A stretch of DNA of 64,000 nt from contig OZ244188.1 in the NCBI GenBank assembly GCA_965216635.1, positions 2,176,001-2,240,000 of the forward strand. Direction: 5' to 3'. The DNA is from a bacterium (GTDB lineage Bacteria > SAR324 > XYD2-FULL-50-16 > G965216635). The notes under the pieces were generated by a model. It was not told the origin of the DNA. It searched no databases and saw only the letters and a program-made list of their open reading frames with translations. The first letter of the stretch is position 1. Each line of letters begins with the position of its first letter. Shown piece by piece: positions 8,933 through 16,684 of the stretch. The translations under genes and the position numbers were made by a program.

Positions 8933-10423
8933 ATGTTTGGTTTAGATACAGATACCACTAAAAATATAAAAAATTGCTTTTCAAAACTTCCCCAAATTGA
9001 AAAAGTGCTTTTATACGGCTCTCGAGCCAAAGGCAACTACAAAAACGGTTCCGATATTGACCTCACACTGCTAGGAAAAAATTTAAACTCCGACAATAGC
9101 ATCTATCCCCTACAAGAAGCGTTAGAAAAACTCTACCTACCCTACACCTTTGATATTTCAATTTTCAAGCGACTAGATAATTTAGATTTGATTGAGCAGA
9201 TTTTAAGAGTAGGCAAAACCTTCTATCAAAAAGAAAACAACGAGCTACCTGTTGGCTGGGAGATAAAAAAATTGGGTGATGTTTGTGAAGTGATCGCAGG
9301 ACAATCTCCAGAAGGCAAGTATTATAACAATAAAAGTAAAGGATTAGCTTTTTACCAAGGCAAAAAAGAATTTACTAAAAAATTTATTGGAAAGCCTACA
9401 AAGTGGACAACAAAGACAACAAAGATAGCCATTAAAGACGATATTTTAATGTCTGTTCGTGCACCAGTAGGTCCAGTAAATTTTTCAAATGATAAAATTT
9501 GCATTGGTCGCGGTCTCGCTATAATTAGAGCAAATAAAAAAATTGACAAAGAGTTTTTATTTAATTTTTTAGTAATGCAAGAAGGTCAAATTACTGGGAA
9601 TACAGGAGCAGTTTTTAATTCTATTAGTAAATCTCAAATTGAAAATATTCAAATCCCAATCCCACCACTAGCAGAACAAAACCGTATCGTTTCTGTTTTA
9701 GACAAGGCTTTTCAAGCTATAGACGAAATGAAAAACAACAGCGAAAAGAATCTCGCCAACACCAAAGAACTATGGCAAAGCTACCTACAACAAAGCTTCA
9801 CCAACCCAAAGAAAAACTGGCAACAAAAAAAACTATCAACCCTTTTTGACATTCAACCTCCAAAAAAAAACGCCCTAGAAACTTTACAAAAACAAGATAA
9901 AATTTCATTTGTTCCTATGAATTGTCTTAATATTGGAAATAAAAATCTTACACTAAAACAAACCAAATTATTAAAAGACGCCTATTCAGGATATACATAT
10001 TTTTCTGATAATGATGTTTTACTGGCAAAAATCACACCTTGTTTTGAAAATGGAAAAATAGGTATTGCTAAAAATCTTGCCAATGGTATTGGTTTCGGTT
10101 CTAGTGAATTTATCGTTTTTAGAAATAAAGGGAAGGTTTTACAAGATTATCTCTATTATTATTTGTCTCAAAAATCATTCCGCATTCAAGGAAAAAAGAG
10201 AATGGGCGGAGCTGTCGGACATAAAAGGTTAGCAAAAGACTTTATTAAAAATTATTCATTATCTTATCCCAGTTCACTAGCAGAACAAAAACAAATTACA
10301 GAAAGACTAGACACCCTCTCCGAAAAAACTACAGAACTACAAAAAAACTATCGTAAAAAAATCCAAAACCTAGTAGAATTAAAAAACTCCCTCCTAAAAA
10401 AAGCCTTCACAGGACAACTTTAA
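8933..10423 (+). CDS. hsdS: MNT (minimal nucleotidyltransferase) domain fused to type I RM specificity subunit S with two TRDs
   Basis: N-terminal ~100 aa with YGSRAKGNYKNGSDIDL (GSX10DXD); then LPVGWEIKKLGDV, IPIPPLAEQNRIV, second TRD, C-terminal LKNSLLKKAF.GQL; no stop between domains. Confidence 0.92.
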   Translation: MFGLDTDTTKNIKNCFSKLPQIEKVLLYGSRAKGNYKNGSDIDLTLLGKNLNSDNSIYPLQEALEKLYLPYTFDISIFKRLDNLDLIEQILRVGKTFYQKENNELPVGWEIKKLGDVCEVIAGQSPEGKYYNNKSKGLAFYQGKKEFTKKFIGKPTKWTTKTTKIAIKDDILMSVRAPVGPVNFSNDKICIGRGLAIIRANKKIDKEFLFNFLVMQEGQITGNTGAVFNSISKSQIENIQIPIPPLAEQNRIVSVLDKAFQAIDEMKNNSEKNLANTKELWQSYLQQSFTNPKKNWQQKKLSTLFDIQPPKKNALETLQKQDKISFVPMNCLNIGNKNLTLKQTKLLKDAYSGYTYFSDNDVLLAKITPCFENGKIGIAKNLANGIGFGSSEFIVFRNKGKVLQDYLYYYLSQKSFRIQGKKRMGGAVGHKRLAKDFIKNYSLSYPSSLAEQKQITERLDTLSEKTTELQKNYRKKIQNLVELKNSLLKKAFTGQL

Positions 10424-10426
10424 ACT

Positions 10427-12295
10427 ATGCAAAAACTCCAGAAAATCTATTTATTAGCTGAAACACTCGGACAAAATATCCTAGTTTTTTTTGACTCAAT
10501 CCTAAATTTTACAACATACCTTTGGCAAAGTATTTCTGGCTATATTTTGAAATTTTTAGAAAAATTTTTGGAGCAATTAAATCCATCGCTTTTTCAAAAT
10601 GTTATCTTAGGAGTTTTAATAATTTATATTTTTGTTTCTGAGTTTATTTCTAATCAAATAAAGGAAAAACTAGAAAAAACAGAGATAATTAAAGAAATAG
10701 TTTTTAGCAAAATTTTAAATTTCCATCGGATTATAATAGCAATTTCAATACTTATATTTTTCTCTAGTTTTGGAAATAGTCTCAATATTAATACCTTTGA
10801 TAAGTTTCTAACTTTATTTATTTTAGTGTGTTGTATATGTTATTTACTACTACCACTTTATAAACTTAAAAAAATCCTCCGAGGCAAAATAGATGAAGAA
10901 ATAATATTACATTTAAAAAAAACAAAAACTTCAAAAATTCTAAAATCTAAAAATAAAGACAAATTAGCAATTATGATAAATGATTGGCAAAAAATTTGGG
11001 TTTCTGAAAAACTAACATATCAAAATGAAGTAGATTTTACAGAAATTTTTGTTACCCGTATTGATGATTTTATAAAATTGAAAAAATTTTATTTTGCTAG
11101 GCAACTCTTTGAAATCTATCTAAATAATTTTCAAAACCGAATAAATCTTTTTTGGATAGGTTATAGTCTTTTACCTAAAATACTAGATTGGGACGAAAAA
11201 TTTTGGCAAGAAGAACTAAAAAAAAATAAACTTTGGAAAGAAAAAAATAATCGCAACACACAAAATGTAAATACTATTAGGAGTAAAATAGAAAAAATTT
11301 TCTCAAATTTAAAAAATTATTTTCCAATTTCAATAGTAAAGAAAATATCTGATCAGTATGAAAAAAATTTTGCAGTTAGAGATGGATGGTTGCAATATGA
11401 TTATTTTAGAAGCGCGTGTCTGCTAGTAATAGTCAAAGAATTATTAAAACAAGAATCTCATCATTTTTTTTTAGTTTTTAAAAAACATACTCAAAGAATG
11501 GAAAAAAAATTGAATAAAATTAAGGCAGATACAGATGATAAACAAAAATATAATTCGTATATCAACAAGGTCTTTAGACAATTTTTCTTCACTTTTTTTG
11601 AAAATATAAATTCCTATCGATATCGTGATTATTTCCCTAATGAATGGAGAATCATAAAGGACAATAAATATCGTAAAATTACTCTACTAAGAATTTTATA
11701 TGAATTTAGACAATGGGCAATACCAATAGCTTTTCATTCTGATAAAGAAGATAAAAAATTAACTGCAGTCATAGAGTTGCTATTTCCTAGAGTACATCCA
11801 GGACTGTTTGCTGCTTTTTTAGCATTGCTTTTTAATTCGCAAAGAGAAATAAAATACGCCATTGAAAAAAAAGCAAATTTCCAAATTTCCAGTTCTAGTA
11901 TAATATTTACGCCATCTGAAGATGAAAATGAAAACAGAATATTACAGTCTGAATTATTAAAACAAGAGGAAAATAAACAAAAAGAAGAAACAGTTCAAAT
12001 CATTCTTAATTTTTTTACTCGCTTGTGGGAAATTCTTATATATTATCAAGATGATTTAGAAGCAAAAGATTCGAGAAATTGGGATAACATTCAAGAAATT
12101 GATAAAGAAGAGATAATTAAAAATATTAGAATAAAGAAACTTGAAAAAACAAAAGCTGAACTTAAAAGCCCAGAAATAGAAAAAATTTGTGATGAAGAAT
12201 ATAAAAAAGACAATAGAAATAATTCTATAGAATTAATTGACTTACTGATTAAAGAACTTAGAAATCAACCAAAAAGCGAACAAACCAAATACTAG
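10427..12295 (+). CDS. Hypothetical membrane protein (N-terminal TM segments, large soluble domain), RM-locus cargo
   Basis: 622-aa ORF, very AT-rich, about 3 hydrophobic segments in the first 150 aa. Confidence 0.65.
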   Translation: MQKLQKIYLLAETLGQNILVFFDSILNFTTYLWQSISGYILKFLEKFLEQLNPSLFQNVILGVLIIYIFVSEFISNQIKEKLEKTEIIKEIVFSKILNFHRIIIAISILIFFSSFGNSLNINTFDKFLTLFILVCCICYLLLPLYKLKKILRGKIDEEIILHLKKTKTSKILKSKNKDKLAIMINDWQKIWVSEKLTYQNEVDFTEIFVTRIDDFIKLKKFYFARQLFEIYLNNFQNRINLFWIGYSLLPKILDWDEKFWQEELKKNKLWKEKNNRNTQNVNTIRSKIEKIFSNLKNYFPISIVKKISDQYEKNFAVRDGWLQYDYFRSACLLVIVKELLKQESHHFFLVFKKHTQRMEKKLNKIKADTDDKQKYNSYINKVFRQFFFTFFENINSYRYRDYFPNEWRIIKDNKYRKITLLRILYEFRQWAIPIAFHSDKEDKKLTAVIELLFPRVHPGLFAAFLALLFNSQREIKYAIEKKANFQISSSSIIFTPSEDENENRILQSELLKQEENKQKEETVQIILNFFTRLWEILIYYQDDLEAKDSRNWDNIQEIDKEEIIKNIRIKKLEKTKAELKSPEIEKICDEEYKKDNRNNSIELIDLLIKELRNQPKSEQTKY

Positions 12296-12305
12296 AGCAG
12301 AAATG

Positions 12306-12392
12306 TTATTGAAAGTATGCTAAAAATTTTGTAAAATATAGCTTTAAAAAATCATAACCAATACAAAATAGTCATCGTGGAAAAAATTGCTA
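12306..12392 (+). repeat. 87-bp direct repeat of 14382..14468 (promoter plus first 5 codons of the ImmA/IrrE gene)
   Basis: Offset 2076, about 4 mismatches; includes TTGAAA-17-TAAAAT and GTGGAAAAAATTGCTA. Confidence 0.92.
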
Positions 12393-12683
12393 GATAAAAT
12401 ACTTGTATTTTCATTGAATTTTAAAAATCTAAATTCTTTTGTTACAGGAGTCACCGTTCCAAAATTAAATCAAAAAAAATTGAGACAAATTCCAATCCCA
12501 CCACTAGCAGAACAAAAACAAATCGCAGAAAGACTAGACACCCTCTCCGAAAAAACCACAGAAAGACTAGACACCCTCTCCGAAAAAACCACTGAACTAC
12601 AAGAAAACTATCGCAAAAAAATCCAAAACCTAGTAGAACTAAAAAACTCCCTCCTAAAAAAAGCTTTTAATGGAGAATTATGA
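12387..12683 (+). pseudogene. hsdS: 3' remnant of an alternative hsdS allele
   Basis: TGVTVPKLNQKKLRQIPIPPLAEQ plus C-terminal helix nearly identical to 10275..10410, with a 33-bp tandem duplication (ERLDTLSEKTT x2). Confidence 0.85.
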
Positions 12684-12787
12684 TTAAAAAATTTAAAACT
12701 ATTGCAATTTTTTTATAATTACTATTACAATAAATATACTTGATAGACATTTAGTCTATGATATATAAAATAACATTAGGAGAAAAA

Positions 12788-12925
12788 ATGGCTAATAAAA
12801 AACAAACATCAAAAAAAGTAGCTAGGAAAGCTAGCTCATTATTGAGAGATGGTAGGACATCAGTAAAAACTAAGTCTGTTGCTGGTTCAGCTTTATCACA
12901 AACTAAAACAGGAAAAAATAAATAG
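12788..12925 (+). CDS. Small basic protein, 45 aa (MANKKQTSKKVARKASSLLRDGRTSVKTKSVAGSALSQ...)
   Basis: Below the ORF-track cutoff; AGGAG RBS upstream; resembles a widespread small hypothetical family (TS..VA..AS..LR....KS.AGSALSQ). Confidence 0.75.
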   Translation: MANKKQTSKKVARKASSLLRDGRTSVKTKSVAGSALSQTKTGKNK

Positions 12926-13046
12926 AGATGTTGTAGGCACTAGACAAAGTTTTTAAATGCTACCCGCTCCCCTTTTTAAAAAATGGGAAGTATGCGTTGA
13001 GTGTTACGAGTAACCATTGTATAGTGTTATTTTATCTATATAAAAA

Positions 13047-13304
13047 TAGACTTTTGAATTTGCATTCTGTTTAGCCAAAGCAAGCTTATTGCTTGACTCT
13101 TTTTATGGGCTATTTGTGAAACAGCCAAAGGGCTGTTTCACAGTTCATTCTTGCTTAATGAAAGGTTTGTAGTGTTTTTTGCTACGCCATTGAAAAAAAT
13201 TTTTAACTCTTGAAATACTTGAGTATTCCTGCGAGCTAAAATTTTTTTTCGCACCTGTTCTAACCATTTGGCTAGCCGTCACATCAGCAAAATTCAAAGG
13301 TCTA
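13047..13304. mobile_element. Palindromic MITE-like element, family A
   Basis: TIRs tagacttttgaattt / aaattcaaaggtcta; internal hairpin gtgaaacagcc-aaag-ggctgtttcac. Confidence 0.8.
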
Positions 13305-13334
13305 TAAAAATTATAAACGAACTAACTTGATAAG

Positions 13335-14228
13335 ATGCAATTCACACTACTTTATGACGGTGAAGGTTTAAAAAATAACGAAATAAACTTAGGAGATTTA
13401 TCAGCTGCTCTTGTAGGGATTAATCAATTATTAGAAGAAACTAATAAAATCCTAAACGGTAATAAACAAAGAATTAAAGTTGTTGTAAAAGCTTTTAAAC
13501 CAGGAAGTTTTCAAATAGATTTCTCAGTTGTTCAAACACTGATCAACCAAGCAATAGAATTATTTACTTCTAACGGAGTTCTTGCTACAAAAAATGCACT
13601 TCAAATAATAATTGCTTTATTTGGCATTACTGGTAGTTTATATGCTTTTCTAAGGTTTTTAAAAGGTAGAAAGTATACTAAAAGAATTGAAACAGAAGAT
13701 GGTTCTTATATTGTTTATGTAGGCAGTGAATCTTGTAAAATTGGAAAAGAGATACTAAAACTATATAACAATTATAAAATTAGAAAAGCGTTTGAAGATG
13801 CAATCAAACCTATAGAAAAAGAAGGGATAGAGGAATTTGCTGTTAAAATAGATAAAGAAAAAGACTACGCTATTATAAAAAAAGGAGATTACCATTATTA
13901 TAAATGTATTCCCAAACAAGAATTTCCTCAAGGAGATCCTGTCGTCTATAATACGAGTATTAGAATAATAAATTTATCTTTTGAAGAAAAGAATAAGTGG
14001 TACGTAAATGATGGACAATCAAATTTTTTTGCAAATATTGAAGATAATAAATTTATGAAACAAATTAATTCTAATAAAGAAGAGTTTAGTAAGGGATCTA
14101 TTTTAGAGGTAAGAATAAGGAGACAGCAGTTTTTAGATAATTCTGGTAAATTAAAAACAGAACATTTTATTGAAACAGTTATCAAGCACATTAAATATCA
14201 ACAACAAGAAAATTTGTTTGAAAAATAA
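13335..14228 (+). CDS. Hypothetical protein (defence-island/prophage-type cargo)
   Basis: 297-aa ORF; YDGE...I...DL..AL and KAFKPGSF pattern; function unknown. Confidence 0.7.
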   Translation: MQFTLLYDGEGLKNNEINLGDLSAALVGINQLLEETNKILNGNKQRIKVVVKAFKPGSFQIDFSVVQTLINQAIELFTSNGVLATKNALQIIIALFGITGSLYAFLRFLKGRKYTKRIETEDGSYIVYVGSESCKIGKEILKLYNNYKIRKAFEDAIKPIEKEGIEEFAVKIDKEKDYAIIKKGDYHYYKCIPKQEFPQGDPVVYNTSIRIINLSFEEKNKWYVNDGQSNFFANIEDNKFMKQINSNKEEFSKGSILEVRIRRQQFLDNSGKLKTEHFIETVIKHIKYQQQENLFEK

Positions 14229-14384
14229 AAGAATCCTCAAAAATCCTTCCAAAATCAATTCTTAAAAACTACCAATAAAAAAAACTAAAATCAGTACTAT
14301 CACAAAATGCGATAGCTCTCAAAAAACTGTAACCTTAAAATCTGTTTCTAAATTGATTATCAAAAAATCAAACAAAAGCTATTA

Positions 14385-14413
14385 TTGAAAATTTGCTAAA
14401 AATTTTGTAAAAT
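14385..14413 (+). promoter_or_regulatory. Sigma70-like promoter of the ImmA/IrrE gene (duplicated at 12309..12337)
   Basis: TTGAAA-17 bp-TAAAAT. Confidence 0.5.
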
Positions 14414-14452
14414 ATAGCTTTAAAAAATCATAACCAATACAAAATCTTCATC

Positions 14453-15589
14453 GTGGAAAAAATTGCTATCAATCCTAGTCGGCTTGATTGGTGCTGTAAA
14501 AAATACAATACAGGTTTTGAAGAGTTATCTGCCCAACTAAAAATTTCTTTAGAAAGTTTAGAGCAAGCTAAAATTACTGGAAAGCAGTTAGAAAAAATTG
14601 CGAACTATTTTACCCACAGTCTACTTTTTTTCCTTGAAAAAAAGGAGCCAAAAGAAGAACAAATCCTGTCTTTACAATTTAGAACGGTAAACAACCAAAA
14701 ACCTGAATTGGATTTAAAAATCCAGAGCCTTATCAAAAGAGCAGAGCAACAAAGAAAAATCTATTTAGGGCTTTTAGAAGGGTTAGAAACACCTCCAAAA
14801 AATTGGTATCCTACTCACTTAAAACTAGATAATCAAAATCTTAAAGCAACAGCGAAAATAGTTAGAAACTGGCTAGCTCTTAAAGAAAATTTTAATTTTA
14901 CAGAAATTAGAAATGCTGTAGAAAAAAAAGGAATAATGCTTGTTCTCCCTAATGCCTACAATGGAAAATGGCAAATAAAAAAACAACACCCTGTTCGTGG
15001 AATTTCCCTTTATTTTGAAAAGTTGCCTGTAATTATCGTTAAAAAACAACTATCTGATGCTCCTCAGGCTTTTACTTTGCTACACGAACTTGCCCATCTC
15101 TTAATCCATAAAAACAGCTTTATTGACGAAGAAGCAGATTTTGATAGTCACCGCAGAAAAGAAAAAGAAGCGAATCAGTTGGCGGCAAATATCCTTGTAC
15201 CAGAGGAGTTTTTAAATATTATTTCTAAAACAGAATTGTTGCAGTGCGAAGTAGAAAACTACGATAATTTTTTAGAAAATCACTGCAACCGTTGGTGTGT
15301 CAGTGCCGAAGTGATTTTGCGTCGTTTTTTAGATTTAAAAATTTTACCGCAAACAAAATACCAATCTTACAGAGAATACAGAGAAAATTTAACCTTCCCA
15401 GAATCCACTGGAGGCAGTCGTGAGTGGCGTCATAGAGAGCCAATGCATATTTTTGGAAAACCTTTTGTGGCTACTGTTTTAGACGCTTTTTATAACAAAC
15501 ATATTACTCTCGTTAAGGCTAGTGACTATTTAGACAATCTAAAAATAAAAGACTTACACCAATTAGAGACCTATGTATCTGCTAGATAG
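14453..15589 (+). CDS. XRE-like HTH plus ImmA/IrrE family metallopeptidase
   Basis: INPSRLDW N-terminus, FTLLHELAH (HEXXH), EANQLAANILVP. Confidence 0.9.
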   Translation: MEKIAINPSRLDWCCKKYNTGFEELSAQLKISLESLEQAKITGKQLEKIANYFTHSLLFFLEKKEPKEEQILSLQFRTVNNQKPELDLKIQSLIKRAEQQRKIYLGLLEGLETPPKNWYPTHLKLDNQNLKATAKIVRNWLALKENFNFTEIRNAVEKKGIMLVLPNAYNGKWQIKKQHPVRGISLYFEKLPVIIVKKQLSDAPQAFTLLHELAHLLIHKNSFIDEEADFDSHRRKEKEANQLAANILVPEEFLNIISKTELLQCEVENYDNFLENHCNRWCVSAEVILRRFLDLKILPQTKYQSYREYRENLTFPESTGGSREWRHREPMHIFGKPFVATVLDAFYNKHITLVKASDYLDNLKIKDLHQLETYVSAR

Positions 15590-15839
15590 TTCTTCGGTTA
15601 TTCATCTTTGGGACAATTATCCTAAAAGTAATAAACTTTTTAATGATTTTTGGGAATGGGTAGAGGAAAAAATTATTTCTCAAGAATACAGAATAAAGTA
15701 TACTAAAACAGACCGAAACAATGCAAAAAATTACTGGAGAAAAAATGAAACGGTTACAATTTGTAACCAGTTAAAAATGCTTTCTCAAGATGGTAAAATG
15801 AGAATGACTGATGTTGTTGATACTAAACAAATTTTTTAG
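15573..15839 (+). pseudogene. Chimeric remnant: N-terminus of DUF4411 (PIN-like) joined to a fragment of a second Bro-N allele
   Basis: MYLLDSSSVI..W..YP....FWEW is DUF4411-like; NYW..NETVTICNQLKMLSQDGKMRMTDV.DT.QIF aligns to the Bro-N core (compare QYW..QLKLESVDGKKYNTDC in 15854..16684). Confidence 0.7.
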
Positions 15840-15853
15840 ATACTAATCAAAAA

Positions 15854-16684
15854 ATGAACGAAGCAAATACTAGAGCAGAGAAACTTGTAGTATTTCAATC
15901 AAAAAAAATTCGTAGAATATGGTATGAGGAAGAATGGTATTATTCTGTAGTAGATATTATTGCAGTTTTAACAGAAAGTCCTACTCCAAGACAATATTGG
16001 GGGAAAATAAAACAAAGAGAATTTAATGATCTTCAGTTGTCCCCAATTTGGGAACAACTGAAATTAGAAAGTGTAGATGGCAAAAAATATAACACTGATT
16101 GTGTAAATACTAAAAACGCCTTCCGACTCATACAATCCATTCCTAGCAAAAAGGCTGAACCTTTTAAGCAGTGGTTAGCTCAAGTGGGGCAAGAAAGAAT
16201 TGAGGAAATAGAAAATCCCGAACTAGCCCAAAATAGAATGAAAGAAATTTATGAGAAAAAAGGATATTCTAAAGATTGGATTGATAAACGTCTGCGGGGT
16301 ATTGCCATACGACAAAACCTTACTGATGAATGGCAAGAAAGAGGGATTACAGGGAGTGAAAATTTTGCTATTTTAACTTCCGAAATATCAAAAGCTACTT
16401 TTGGAATGACGCCTAATGAATATAAAAACCTTAAAAATCTACCTCAAAAATCAAAGGCTAATTTGCGAGATCACATGGACGATTTAGAACTTATTTTTAC
16501 AATGCTGGGAGAGAGAGTAACTACAGAAATTTCCAAAACAGAAAAACCAGATACTTTTGATAAAAACAAAAAAGTAGCAAAAAGAGGCGGACAGGTGGCA
16601 GGTAATGCTCGTGAAAATACAGAAAAAGAATTGGGCAGGAGCGTTATCACAAAAACCAATTCTCTTGATTCTAAAAAAAAATGA
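15854..16684 (+). CDS. Bro-N domain protein (antirepressor-like) whose first 9 codons duplicate the hsdR start
   Basis: IRRIW..EEWYYSVVDII, RLIQSIPSKKAEPFKQWLA, NLRDHM..LEL; MNEANTRAE identical to HsdR. Confidence 0.88.
   Translation: MNEANTRAEKLVVFQSKKIRRIWYEEEWYYSVVDIIAVLTESPTPRQYWGKIKQREFNDLQLSPIWEQLKLESVDGKKYNTDCVNTKNAFRLIQSIPSKKAEPFKQWLAQVGQERIEEIENPELAQNRMKEIYEKKGYSKDWIDKRLRGIAIRQNLTDEWQERGITGSENFAILTSEISKATFGMTPNEYKNLKNLPQKSKANLRDHMDDLELIFTMLGERVTTEISKTEKPDTFDKNKKVAKRGGQVAGNARENTEKELGRSVITKTNSLDSKKK

Noticed and set aside
8933..12683. Invertible hsdS shufflon
   Set aside because: All hsdS repeats are direct and no recombinase gene is present.
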